In this document: positions 35,101 through 50,100 of the stretch, piece after piece
Layout: each line of letters opens with the position of its first letter
Position numbering within the stretch: position 1 is the stretch's first letter
Source of the DNA: Phoronis australis
Taxonomy: Eukaryota; Animalia; Phoronida
Length of the DNA stretch: 64,000 bases
Direction: 5' to 3'
Assembly (NCBI GenBank): GCA_002633005.1
Contig: NMRA01000177.1
Coordinates: forward strand, 186,001-250,000
Program-made: the position numbers and the translations under genes
Notes under the pieces: model-generated
Databases searched by the model: none
What the model was told of the DNA's origin: nothing
What the model saw: only the letters and a program-made list of their open reading frames with translations

Positions 35101-38100
35101 AAGACATATTTGCCCGCTATGTGCTGTGAAACTTTCTAAATTTTGGACATTAAAAGATTACTACGCTTGTGGAACTAAAGTTTTCTTCACTGGTATAATT
35201 ACCCTTCCAAAAAATACCGTACTCGCATTCTCAGCCTCCGTTTGAATTGAAACTGGTCGCAAGAAACTGCCTAAAATTGCTCTGATGGTCATACTGCCTC
35301 GGCAACTCAAATGTCCCCGCTATGACATGATCTTAATCATACTGCCTTGGCAACTCAAATGACCTCGTGACAAGGTCATGCTCCCTCGGCAACTCAAATG
35401 ACCCAACTGTGACAAGGTCATACTGCCTTGACAACTCAAATGACTTCGTTGTGACAGGGTCATACTCCCTTGGCAACTCAAATGACCCCGCTGTGACATG
35501 GTCATACTCCATTGGCAACTCAAATGACCCCGCTATGACAAGGTCATACTCCCTTGGCAACTCAAATGACCCGCTATGACATGGTCATACTCCCTTGGCA
35601 ACTCAAATGACCCCGCTATGACATGGTCATACTCCCTTGACAACTCAAATGACCCCGCTGTGACATGGTCATACTCCCTTGGCAACTCAAATGACCCTGC
35701 TATGACACAGTCATACTCCCTTGGCAACTCAAATGACCCCGCTATGACATGACCATACTCCTTTGGCAACTCAAATGACCCTAATGTGACAAGGAAGTAA
35801 ATGGAGCAGGTCTGAAACCACAATACCATTTTAATTCATCTCAAGGCTCGACGTCATCTCTAGTCTGAGAAGGGAACAAGATGAAACCAATTTTATAACA
35901 ATAAATGGCCTAAGTTGAGTCGATTTTGAAAGAAGGTGCAAATTAATCACCTCTTGAAGGAATAGATTTACTTAGTTAAAGAGCTGACGTCGATGACGGA
36001 AATGTTTCCATGAAGAAAATACTAATGTCTAAAATCGAAAAATGGTGATGTACATCAATGTTTGTGACTGACAAAACAGCAATATGTGAATATTATCTAC
36101 GCGTGTACAAGATTCCGTCTTACAGCCAGCCATTTTCCAGCTTGAAAGTCGTATAATTCGCTGTATGGCTACAGTCTGCACATGGGCACCTCCGAAAGAA
36201 AATGTGCGGAAACGAATATACCCAGTGTTCCGAACGAAAAATGTGTAAGTATTTTACATGCTCATTCGGCCAAAATTAATTCAGTCTGGACCCCCAGGTA
36301 GAGGTCTTAAACTAGAACAGGCCAGCATTGTAGAAGTGTTCTCCTAAACATGTTTCTACTGATTGCAGTACAAACTTCATGTTACCTTTCATGACAAAAT
36401 TAGAAAATAAAATTTCATTTGTCCATCACATTCTATTGTAGATTGGAGAAAAAATGTATCAAACACTGAAGGTTAAACTGACAGAAGATTTAATGATTTG
36501 TTAAGCAAATTGGGACATTTGGCTACAGTTCAATGTACAGACTCTCAGATTTTGTATAAGAATCCCCTATAGAAAGGACATAGATTTTCAATCGTGAGTT
36601 TGAATTCAGTAGTTTTTGTTGTCTTTGAATACTCTCTGAGGATTACATCGAGTTCTAAAGTACCTCAGTTTGTGGATTACATGACAGGGTATGAGTTTTA
36701 AAGTACCTCCGTTTGTAGATTGCATGGCAGGGTTTGCGTTTTAAAGCACCTCATTGTGGATTGCATGTCAGAGTTTTAAAACACCTTAGTTTGTGGATTG
36801 CATAGCAGGGTATGAGATTTAAATTACCTCATTTGTGGATTGCATGGCAGGATTTGAGTGTTAAAGTATCTCAGTTTGGGGTTTGCATTGCAGGGGATGA
36901 GTGTTAAAGTACCTCGGTTTGTGGATTGCATGGCAGGGTATGAGTGTTTAAGTACCTCAGTTTGTTTGCTGCCATCCTGCAGTACTTTCAATTCATATAA
37001 ATGGTCTTTGGCTTTTATACGCCCACTGCACACATCGTCCACAGCCTGCAAAAGAAAACATATTTGAACCATATTACAAGACACTGAATTAAACAAATTA
37101 TTGACTTTCATTGATCTCAATATGCTGGTTTTCAGAATCCCAAAATGTGATTTTGACCTAAATAGCATAATACAGGGAACTGCAATGGTTTGATGGTGGT
37201 TTGCACTCAACCGACTGCTTCACATTTTATGGTCATTTAAAAAGACGTCAGAAACTGGATGACATAAATGGGCTTAAAAGACTTTGGTGACGTGCTGGTA
37301 GCACACTGATAAAGTCGTGGCTTGCTAACGGAAATAATTTGCAATACAATCACAATGAAAAGGTTTTCAAAAAGATTTGAAACTGCCTTTACCATAGCAG
37401 TTGTCAATATTAATAATTTGCAAGTGCAACAGCAGTCAATACAAACAAGTACTGAGACTCAAAACTATTGACAACTGGTAAGTTTAAACTTTATAGGTGG
37501 TGCAAATCATATTATCAACTGCCGTACACTGCGGGGCCAATAAAATCCTATGATGAATAAGTGAGATTAGTACAACCTGGCTTCCTAATGCTGGAGACAA
37601 AATGACACATTTCTTCAAAGTCTGGATTATGAATCCAAACATCATCTACACTGTGGAGCCAAATAAATTTCTATGATGAAACTGTATTGCACGACTCTGC
37701 AACACTGGATACGAAATGATACGTCAAATCCTTACAGTATAGATTTTAATCCCACTTTCTACGTTAAAGAGAAAGGATTCATATTTAATGGCACGTCATA
37801 AATTGTCACTTCTTAAAAATTTCAGAGAGTCTCAATTGTCACATTTTTGGTGCCTTTTGCACGTATAAGTCACATGAACTTTTCTTTGTCACATAAAAAA
37901 GACACAATACTTGTCAATGACCACAATAATTCCATAATTTTACAATTTGGGAAAAAAGGAACGACCACTTGATGCAGTATAAAATAACTAAAAACCTAAC
38001 AAAATACTAACAGCCTATTTGCCTCACATTTTGTCACAGAGTTTGCAAAAAGTCACAAAATATCACAGAATTTCAGGCAAACAAGTTTTGTAACAGAATG

Positions 38101-41100
38101 TCACCATGTCACAGGCAATCCATTCTCTGACACTATAGAGCCACTAAGTTTCTATGAAGAGTAAGTGTAGACTGCACTACCTGGCACAAAACAAACATAT
38201 CTTAAGAGTCTGGATCACAATTCCAAACGTTACCTGAGACTCTTTTGATGAGGAAGTGTGAATATTCCTGCAAGGTTGCGTTATGTTAAGATTAAATAAC
38301 AAAAATCTTTTGTGTCTGGATTATTAAAAACGTTGTCTTCTAAACTTCATGATTGCAAACTGGAAATACTATTTGGCTCCCCAAAGCCAGAGATTAAGTG
38401 GCATGAACGTTTTATGCTTGAATTATAATTCCAAAACACTGAGAATTTCAAAGTGGTGCACATAGGCATTGCCTGTAACTTGAGTCAGTAACGGAAACAG
38501 AATCCTAACACGATCAGAAACATTACGAGACAGACTTTACGAAATGCCATAATTTAATTTTCGTGTTTCCGCCAGCTACACAGGCCAAAATGCAGCTTTT
38601 ACAGCATTCTCTTTTAGAATAATTGATACTTACCAGCCAGTAAAACCAGTTACAGGCCACCTCATTTGAACTCAAGGCGATTTCACGTGACATTGTGAAA
38701 AGCCACCGACGTACAGAGATGCACGTTGCCGATGCCGTACTATAGTTCTGGACATAAACATTGTGTGGGAACTCATTAGGTCGGAGTTTACGTTCTGCAA
38801 GACAGAATTAAGAAGCAATAGGGTAAATTCTCATCAATTTAGGACAAAACATGGCTGGCAAGTGACATTTTGTTTTTTCATTTGTTCATGAAAGATAACA
38901 AGCACAAAATAAATGCTATTAAATTTTTAAAGATCAACACCACAGTTACCACCAGACTATAATTCTGAAATGGATTTTTATCATACTTCAGAATTTTTAC
39001 TGACAGACATCATTATCTAGCCCTGCAACAGAGCCGATTATACGACTTCACGGCACGGTGGCAACCAACATAATGCAAAATCTCACCAATTCCAGACAAA
39101 AAGTGCTGAAAAATTGATGTTTTATATTTCCCAAATGTTTCAAACATTGTTGTGATAGCCCAAAATTTCACAAAACGTCATATGATGGCAGCTAAAGAAC
39201 ATATGTCTTGTGTTACTAATCTTGAAAAAAATAAAGTTTCACTTGTCCACTGTATTGTGTTCTGAAGTGGTCAATTCTGACATTAAATGAATGGATTGAT
39301 TGATTTAACAATGGTCATCAAAAAATACAATACATAACACAATACAATGTATTAAGACAAGCATTTAGAGACAGATAAAACTATCAATGGTAAAAGTACA
39401 TAAAAATAAATTAAGGACAATCAATGTACGTATGACACGAAAAAGTGAAAAAAAAAATAATTCCCACATGCTCTGCAAACTTTTTTGCTTTTGTCACTAA
39501 AATCTCGTCATATGTTCAGTGCTAATTACCAGTAGCTGATACAGAAAGGAGGGACAAGCGATGGTGTGATACTTCGTAACTTCTTGAATAAATGTATCCT
39601 TAATAGCAGCAAAGTGCTGAGATACTGCATGCATAACAGACACATTCCCTCCTACTAGCCGTGTTCTTTGTAACAAAAAGTTGCTCTAAGCTTCATACCA
39701 CTACCAAAGATTTCCAATAGAGCGCGCTGGTAGCTTTTTCTTACTTCATTTCGAGAAAAACTCCCGTGGGTGTTTTCTGGTGATGGGTGCTTTATCAGAA
39801 ATCTCCAGGCTGTACTGCTGCACTAACAGTGCAAGACATTAAGTAATCAGACGGAATACCGTTAACAACAAAAATGGCTGGCTATAACTATTATGGGGCA
39901 ATATTTTGATTACAAAATGGCTATGCCACATTTCCAAGTTCCTTTTTAAATCCCCTTCATTTTCCGATGGTGAATTCGGCTTCTGTGCAGCCACCATGAC
40001 GGGGAATCCCTGGTCATTTTGTCTGAATACTTTTGGCTTGTACTGTACGTGCTGAACACCGATTCTCGTATGAGATGCCAGTCAAAGGCTGTCTTACCAT
40101 TTAAACTTGGAGATCGGATATTGTTTAAGTATTGTCCATATCGAGGTGGACAATTAGACGAATCTGCTGTGAAAATAAATGAAGCCGTGGAACAGAGCAT
40201 GATTCAAGGAGAGAACTGGTGCTTTAAATTGGCAAACAAAGCCACTACAAACTCATCACTTGTCAAACAGCTAGCTTTTGATTAGACCACTCACCATGAA
40301 AAACTGGCCTCAAATTGTTCCTTTCTTATGTTACACGCGATTTCTGTACCTGGGAAAAGTGTTTTTGGCCGAGACCACGCTCAATAAGCTGACCTTGGTA
40401 TATAGTCCTAAGCGTGAAAATTATTTGAACGCCGCACACGGCAATAATACAGCAAACGAGATGAACAGAGGAGAGTGGTGTCAGAACTAGACTGACACTA
40501 GTTTTAGCTCTGCTGTTCCAACTGTTTACAAGCAGATAGCACTTGACTGACGTGACCTATGAGGTCAGGCTAATGATGATGTCATTGGTTCATAATAGAA
40601 TACTAGAGAACATTCCAGGAGATTGTTCTATAGGGTCAGGCTAGTGATGACCTAATTCGTATACATTAGAAAACTAGAGGACATTCTAGAAGAATGTTCC
40701 ATCACATGAGTAATTAGAAAATAGAACCCTATTCTGGAACATTTTAGAGCCTTGTTTGTGTGTCTGTGTGGAAATCTCCAAAGATCTAGAAAGAATTTGT
40801 TTATTGGTGAAAAATTCCAGAACCTTGTAAGAGACTATAAACACCAGGACACGAGTTCATAGCAGTCAATTGAGTTAAAGTTCAGTAAAAGTAGAGTTGA
40901 AACTATTTAAAATTATAAGTTAAGGTATCAATTGAGTGGCAGCTACAGAAACAGAACTCTCACCTTTAGTCGGCAACAGTCTAATATAGCATGCTCATAT
41001 TTTGAGAACTAGTTTGATGCCTGTAATTCAGAGGAGAAAAATGGTTCTCAAAATGCAGGCACATTGTATCAGACTATTACCCCTTTAGTCAATGGATGGC

Positions 41101-44100
41101 ATGTTATCAAACCAACACGTAACAGTTCCTGAAGAGATTCACAAGTCACAGATTTTGTAGCACTAGCTGGCGCACAGAACCCACATTACATCAAATGATT
41201 CATTTGAGTTGACTTGTAAGGCTACCCTCGAGATTAATGAAATGATTAACATGCAACAGTCCTGAGTCTATCAGCACGTCGAAAGCTATTAGAACTGTTT
41301 AGTGACTACCTACAACCACCCATCCACTGGGTAAAATGTGACAAGTGGACTCACCAAATTTCTCATCTATAACCTCAAAGAGAGCAAAGCAGGAAGCCAC
41401 ATCGTCAGTCAGCCTCAGTTTGGCAACCAGCGCCTATAAATGCAGAATGAAAAAACTGACATTTCAAAGACCGTTAATAATTTAAATATATCATCTAAAA
41501 CTTTCAGTGAGCTGGACAGTTTTCAGGGTGATGCAATGACTTTCCCATGAGATATAGGACCCCAATTACAGGCTCTGTCTTCTTTATAGACTATTTAATA
41601 TATATTATTTCAGTTTCGATGGTAGTTCTATGAGATATAGGACTACAGCATGAGGGTCTATCTTCATTAAAGATTATTTAATAAATATCATTTCAATAAT
41701 AATGAGTACCAATTATCAAAGGCATCATTTTGTATTTTTTCACGAAACAAAATACATGGCCCGTACGAGAAACCAATCATGCAACGGTAGTAAATACGAC
41801 AAAAATACTTATCTATCACACCAAAGTAGTTCTCAGTATGATCATAGAAAACGAGCGGGAACTAAAGCTTTGTACATTGCGGTGATGCCATCTCATTTCA
41901 TCAAGATGTCAAGAGGTCAAGATAGACTATGACATTCTGAGAACGAGTTTGATGTTATCACTGAGGCATTGAAGAAAAACAAAAATGCAAGCGGTGTATA
42001 CAAGAAAACCGGGTAATTTTGAAGTAAATAATGATAAATATCAAAAATGAATCACTACTACAGCAAAATGAACTCATAATATGAAGTCAGCAGTAGATGA
42101 AAACAAGTTTATTACAACAGAACTTATGCAAAATGAGATACTACTGAATTGTTGCCAAACAATTTGAAAACAAAACAAAAGAACTAGTTTTTGTGGAATC
42201 ATTATCGAGGGAATTAAATCAATAACATGACTGGTAAATACACGAAAAACATTCACATAACTTGAATTAAAAAAACCATGCTCGCACCGAATAAACTTTC
42301 ACTGTGTCGAAGCTTCGTTGAATCGTTACCATGGCAACCGTTCTGTCGGGTAATAGCACCTTTAGCTCCACTTCATTGTTACTGTGAGTTGTGGAATTCT
42401 GCATGAAAATAAATCATTTTTAACATCTTAGACATTACCAACAACAATGCTGCGTACTCACTCGAGATCAGCCCGGAGATGTTTCGAACGCATGACCTCA
42501 GTGGTCGCAGTCCAACACTTTCCTAATAGAACTAAAAGACAGCATGACAACTGGCCATGAATTTCAAGAGTATTAACTGATAAGGTCGGCAGCCTTGATT
42601 TCAACTGATTTTACCAAATGACTGGAAGCCAATGTTGGTCATGGCTGACTTCTAACAAATCCAACAATATTTACTGTTTTGTGAATCTGCTCAAAGCTAA
42701 CAACTTCCCAAAGTCCATCCTACCCAACAATAGCACCAGAAACACAAGTCTTGGCCCTAACGCCAATCGTGTCGCTTTAAGAATCCATTGGCCAACATAC
42801 AGAACAACTCCCTTAACCTTCAGGCAAACAGAAATACAAAGAATGGATGATACGTCTCGCAGGGACACGGTCCACTTACTGAGTTGTCGTCAGCTACTGC
42901 CAAGAAGTCCTGTATTATATCACTCTCACCAATAACGCGAACAGCACACACTGGAAAAAAAGGCATTTAATATAACCCCAGTATTTATTAAGTCAAATTT
43001 TTACCAGCAAACAATGTTTGCATCAGGACGCAAATTTGCTGGATTTCCGAGTGCCATCAAATTTCGCCGCATTAATTCTGGAAAATTTATACATATGTTA
43101 GACGTTTGTTTACTCAATTGAAATTTCAAGACAGACTGTTCTGAGTCAATGGCAGTATTGCAGCCTATTCTCTGGTGCTTATTTATTCATTTACACTGCA
43201 CATAATAACAGAGTCTTGTTATTCACGGGTTTTCCTTCTATTATTATTATTAGTTTCCTTTTTCTAGAGCTTAACAACTCTCAAACAACTCAACTTTCAA
43301 CTATGAAACTCTCCAACTATGTTCGAGGCAACCATAAATTTATAAAATGGACTACTTCCCTACCTAACATCACAAAAATGCCAATCATTGAAATGAATAT
43401 TCAAATTAAATCATCTCATATCGCCTAACGTATAGCGTTAACTAATACCATCCTCATTCAGCTTACTAACCTCTCTCCTAAGCATTGATGTAAACTCTGC
43501 CATCTCAACTTTGTATGTTTTCAGCTAATTCCCACCAACACAGCTCTCTCTCCTTATGTTCATCTCAGTACCACCCACTCACCTCTTGACACGTATTGCT
43601 CTAAGCCCCGCCTACTCACCTCTCTCCATGTATTGCTCTAAGCCCCGCCTCCTTGAGTCCAGCTGCTGTTCTGACAGCTTCAGCGGCCATTTGCCAGGCA
43701 TTTTGGGAAAGTTGAAATCCACAAACTCCCTCTTCAGGTTGTTGTGCAAACTGGAGAATTCACTGTATCGCCTCGAACAGAGATGTCTACCAGCCATGTA
43801 AATATTGTACACCTGCAGAATACAGTGACCTACGAATCCTAACATTTCTCAAGTCAAAAGATTGCAAGTCCCTGTCAATCAAACAAACAAATAATCTACA
43901 GAAGTCAATCCAAGCTCTAAATTCCACTATCAACTATAAGAAGTACGAATGTTTAAACCAATAAAAACATTAAATTAGGGTTAGCACTATAAGTTCAATC
44001 TCACAAAAATAGTGTTAACTCTCGACTTTAGAGACAATCGGCAAAGCAGAAACACAAGGCTTCTTGCTTGGCAAAATCAGACATGCCAATGTTTAGACTG

Positions 44101-47100
44101 TGCTAAATTCCAACCCAACTGTTATAGTCATTGGAATTTTTGAAAATAAACATTTTCCAGCAAGTAGCACTTTACCAACTAGTTCACGTGCAAGATTTCA
44201 TGGTCCTAGAAAACCTAAATCATTTGCAGGCAGGAGTCCACAAAATCACCACAGATGGTCTTACCTGGTCCACAGAGGTAACCATGAACCAAGGACATCG
44301 TACTATGTTCATACTCTACAGCTGAAGTGCCCTCTATGCTAGGGAAATCAAACTAGGGCTTCCTGAAATCTTAACCAACGTAGACTCACCACATATTTCT
44401 CTCCATGTTGTTCAACAGTTTGGTAGTCTGGTATTGAGATAGGTAGTGACCTCTTCTCTGAGTAGTCATACGAAGACGGACCTGAGGAGTCATCACTCGG
44501 TTCTAGTCGCTCCGCTACTTGCTTTGGCACGGATATCACTGGAAATACAGATTATCAGCGTGACCTGACGAAAGCCTGGGGCTCAACCAGCAGCCATCAT
44601 GGCCGTCATCGAAGTGGCCAGTTTTGAACAAATGGAGGCTTGGACAGAATGGAAACGAGATAAAAAAGATGGCCCATTTCAAGACAACCTCGACAAAGAA
44701 AATGGCTAAACAAAGAATTTTAAAATTACAATGCGTTTTCTTAGTTCAATTGATATTTAGACATAATCAACATCACAGCTGTTACCACCTATGTCATCCT
44801 GACGATCCGCAAACGCTGGCAACCATGCCTTTTGGGCGAATACCTCCCCATCGTGTGACGTCAGGCTGACCTCATATGGAATCCCCGCATATGGAAGATT
44901 TGGAAACCAACTTTTTAAACTCCAGATGAGTCTCTAGCATAATACTAGTACTTTTCAAGCAGGATGAGATCATACCAAATTACACCTCAAGTAAAAAGTA
45001 AGACCTCTCTAAGATTTGGGAGGTACGCTCACAAATTTACCAGCACACACTTCTAAAATAGTCACTGCCAAAAGTGACTGGGCAACCACTATTACAGCCC
45101 TCAAGATACTCACTCTTTCCATTAGTTGCATATTAAGCAATCATTTCTCCTTGCATGTGTATTGTAGTTATTAGGCTAGCATGTTGCTTTCCTTGTCTCC
45201 CAACATGATTTATGAAAATGTAAACAATAGTGACACTTGGCCTTTATCAAATCAGGCTTGTACTAGTAACACTCCTAACACATGAGAGTATCAGCTGGAA
45301 AATGTTCTTCATAATTCACACAACAGAGGACATCGACAAGGTCACACCATACATGTAGAGCTCTTGGTCAAAAAGTTATAGTTTCTTATGCGATAGAAAC
45401 CAGGGGTTGTAAACAGTTATCTTTCTGAACTTTGTAAACTTCCTGAACAGACAAATCAAGTGTGCAAACCACGGCTTCCAAGTGCCAAATTATAAAATGG
45501 CTTTTCTAAACAGCATAAAAATAAGAGCACTGCCCTAGAAATCACTTGCTCCCTTGCTTACTTTTACTTGTAAAACCGAGCTGAGAGGAATAGGAGACAC
45601 CTTTGTGCAATGCTCCAATGTCAGCCAGTAAAGCCAGGACTTGAACCCAGGTCTCCCAAGTGGGAGTCTGGAGTTCTAACCACTGAGCCACATTGTCTCC
45701 TCTTTTTTAAACATCAGTCCTACCAAACCAGAAGGTTGATTATATAGATTCAAGACATCACTAATAGATTGCGAGCTAGGACAACTATAACTCCCAGACT
45801 ACGAGCCAAAAGTATTCAGACAGAATGACCCGGAATTCACCATCATGAAGGTGGGGTGGAAGACACAGCCATCAACAGAGTATCCTTAACCTGTGACTGA
45901 CAATGAAAGGTAAAGATAGTAAGGTAGCTAAGGCCATTCTGTAATTAGAGTTTTGCTGTCCTAATAGATGCTAACAGTAATTTTTGCTGTTAACAGAATT
46001 AGCCAGCAGGACAGCGGGAGGGGGGTGGTGTTTGGTCTGATTACTTTTGTCTCGTACTGTAGTTGCTTGGACACTCAATTTCAGCATCTGGACTGTGGTT
46101 TCGATGAACTTTTTCAGTGGCTCTGTAAGCTGGGTAAACAGATTGCATGACAAACCTGTGACACATGGTAAGACTATCTGACGTGCAATCTGCTAAACCA
46201 CACAATTCAATCACTTAATGAATAGAAAACGGAGAGGAAGACCTGGGAGCGAAACCTTTGAATTCAGCATCAACCTCAAGTTTAAAGCAGCTATAAAACC
46301 TCTTTTCAACACAAAAACTATCACTGTGAAATTGGCCAGAAATTGTTCCTTAGTCAAACTGGAGGGGATATCGGGGCTTTGAAAGAATCGCCAGTTCATT
46401 CTTGCTTGACATTGGGCTCTACAAGTTGGCTTGTCACGTGGCGTCACTTTAGGCGCCAAGAATTGTCTAATGGAACAACGAACTGTCGGTTCTTTCCAAA
46501 CGCAGAAATCACTTCTCGTTGGTGTAAGGAACAAGCAAAGTCCAATTTCGTTGAATTAAGCGGTCAAATAAAAACTTTTCTTTCTTCAATGTAACATGGG
46601 TTAAGTCGCTCCAATTTCAATATTTTCTGTCCAACTAAAATATGAACTCCAAATAAATGTTCTTGATTTTGAACTCCGATACAAGATGATCCAAACGGAG
46701 GACGGAAAAGTCCAAGTTTGCCTGACCACTAGATTCAAGCTAAAAACTGAAGTTTATACTCAATATTTTGAATTTAAACTGAAATATGTAGCTTCAATGT
46801 TAGGAACACATTCCAGTTTTTTCCTCATTTACGCAAATCGTTTTGCACTTAAGCACAAAATTAAAGACACTAGCAAAGATGATACTAAAGTTGAACGGAA
46901 ACGAACGAAATTAAGTTGGTGTAAGTGTTCAAAGGTTTGATACAAGGTCCAGCTTAAAGTGACAGTACAAGCTAAGTGTTCAGACAAAATGACCTACAAT
47001 TCGTTGACATGACGTCTGGGCAGAAGCTGAATTCGTTGTCAGAGTTGTCTCCCCTGATGACGAAGAATGAAGGGGAAGTAACACAAAAGTTAGTAAGGTG

Positions 47101-50100
47101 GCTCAGCCATTTTGCAAACACAATTTTGATCCCGTAATAGTCAATGCCAGCCATTTTTACGGTTAACAAAATGAGCCGTCATGTTAGGAAAACGTAATTT
47201 AGCCCGATTACTTAGGTCTTGTACTGCATCTGTACCTAATTGCTTTAATCCTACCTGTTAGAGTGAGGGTGTCACCCCCTGATCGGATCAAATCAACAAC
47301 ATGTTTGTGAGTGGCGCCTTCAACGTTTTCATTGTTGCTGTAAAGAACAATCAGCGACATGGAACAAGTTGCAACAAAGACAAATTCTGTTACATGAAAA
47401 TTCTACTTTAACGAAGAACAAATTTTGTCTCGTTAAAGATGTTTCATACCACAAGGGACAAATTCTGTCACAAGAAAACTCTAAATTGACAAAAAACAAA
47501 CTTTGTCTCATCCAAGATTTACAACATAACAGACAAGTATTGTTACATTCTACATATACCAAAAGGGACAAAATTCTGTTAAGGTAAAACATCGACAATT
47601 TCAGACAAAAATAAGTGCCAAAATTGCTTTTTTCTGTGTTTTCAAGAGCAAAATTACTAGTTTTTCAAACCATTTACTAGTGGTAGCTATATGACGTAAT
47701 GAGCATGATACACTGTCAATTGTCACATAGCGTTTGATTTCACTTTATTTCTGTTTCTGTTGACGAAGGATGTTATTATATCCGAAAATTTCAGTGATCC
47801 ATTTTTGTTGTTTTATTTACAAATATTCATTCTACTTTTCGACACACAAGCGTATCCTTTAGAGGATCTGGATCGCCTCTTTTAGTTTCAGATTTATTTT
47901 CTATGTTATTTATCAGAAAAGTTAGTAAATTAAAAAAGGAGACAGTCGCACAAATGAAAAAGTTCCTATTAATCCGACGTTTCGTCTATTCATAAGACAT
48001 CATCAGGATACAAACAATCAGATATCAACAAGTGTCGACATGCAAGTCAGGTTACATCCATGAAGTGAAATGAGTGCAACAACAATGGCAGGAAATAGTA
48101 AACAGGTCATCACCATAGCTATAGGGTCACTGAGCCCTGCATGTTGTTCAGAGAACCAGATAGTCCTAACAAAGCTTTAGTATTTAAAATAAAACGCAAG
48201 TGTAAGCCCATCAAATGATAAGTGAAGCTGCCTTCTCGTGCCATCTTGTGCCATCCCAGCACAAACAACAAAAGGTTGTATTGAATAGGGGTCTGAATAG
48301 AACACCATTGCGTGCTGGTGTTATTTGCAGCTGTTTGAATTAAAGGCGATTCTGGAGGTGACGTAGACAAAAGCAAGCCAATATGCCTAACAGTTCGTTA
48401 CATTTGGCAATTTATGGCACTATTGGGTTCAGAGCGATGCTCTTAACATACTGTAGGAATCAATTTTACATGCGTTACCATTGAAGATAACCTTTAATGT
48501 AAAGTAATTCCTTGACATGTTCTTTACAGATTACACTGACTTTTGATTCTATTATGGCCAAAAACTAGAGACGTAATTAAAGTTAGTAACGGTGGCTGTG
48601 TCATTCTGTCGCCATGGTAATTATTTCCAGTCATTTTTGCTGTTAACAGAATAAGCCGTCGTGATGGAGAAATGGTATTTTGTCTGATAAACATTTGTCG
48701 TGTACAGTAGTTGAAGCACAATCCCAAAGGACTGTTACACATACTCTTGCATAAGGTTTGTAGAGCTCCGTGCTCGGTTGCAACTGTTCATTCATTAACA
48801 CAGACTTGATTAACAGGACTGTATTTTCTAATGGACAGCTTTAGATACCAACAGAAATGCAGTCCTATTTTTGACCAAATTTAAATGAGGTTTAAAAACG
48901 TTATTTGAAAAACGAAATTGTGGGTACCAAAGCAACGAGTTTGCATATCACAACCGATGATCTTGAAAAGAGTTTTTATAATGGAAGGCAGATTCATAGC
49001 TACACAGCGTGAATTTTTCACATTTAGCTGTCAAACCCACGAGAGCTAGCCCAAGCAACATCACTGAAACAGTAATGTCCAAGTATGTAAATTGTCCTTC
49101 TCTAAGAAATTTGTAAGGTTCCCATGGCAACAATCAATAGCCAAGAGTTCTTAAATATAAATCAACTCCACACGATTCTTCACAGATAACATGTTACCTG
49201 GAAATACCCATCAATTCATCAACTCAGATGCCTGATAATGAAACAATGACGGGAATTGGTCTCTTTCAACAAAGCAGTCAATTGTAATAAGTATGGTAAA
49301 ACTTCTCCAGTTAGGGCACTGCCAGTCTCTAAAATTTGAGATGCAGAAATTCAAAGATAAAATGAATTTTTTCGATTCTATAGATTGAAACACTGTCAAT
49401 TTTGGTGTTATTCAAATTTTCAAAAATTCAAGATGATTCTAGAGCCATACCCAATCATTCTATGCATATACACTAGGCTCCAGTTCTAGTATTCTATTGT
49501 AAACAAATCACAGCGTTACTGGTCTGACCTCATAGGTCATGTCATCTGCGAGTAAATAAATAGAACAGCAAAATAAAACTCAGAGCACTAAAACCAGTGC
49601 CAGTCTACTCCTGACACAAGTAAATCATGACATATGTTTGTATTGATTGTATCAAATTGCAAACTGAACCCAGGGGAAAATAATTGTAACAGGAATTTTA
49701 TCTTGTCATCAATGTTTCATCAGACTGCTCAGGCCCTTTCATACTAAATTAACTCTGATACAAGCGAGCAGAGTGTCCATGTAAACTGCGAAGTTAATTG
49801 AACTGTTCATACCAGCTTGGGTAGTTAACGACATCGAAGAAAATCGTAGATGACGCTGTAGTTATTGAAGTAATCACAAGGTAGCGTTGATGCATCCCAT
49901 GCTTGCTAGGATTTTTTAAAATGACAATTTGAGAACATTTACATGTGCTAAGCAATCTAAAATTTATTTCTAATTCCACTGGTGGTTATTCGAGGAAAAT
50001 ATAAGCAACTATTAGTAACGACATTGCCCTTTAATTGTTGAGAATAATAGTGGCCCCTGGCGATAACTTCGATGCCACCGAAGTTGACCGTTCATACCGC

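Noticed and set aside
35287-35793. CRISPR-like array
   Set aside because: Units are contiguous with no unique spacers, the context is a eukaryotic intron, and there are no cas genes; it is a minisatellite.
39946-40490. Cluster of 70-88-aa ORFs in SNX27 intron 8
   Set aside because: No identifiable motifs; consistent with chance ORFs or an unrecognisable repeat remnant.
45630-45700. Functional tRNA gene
   Set aside because: A and B boxes are present but the acceptor stem does not pair and a SINE-like body follows.
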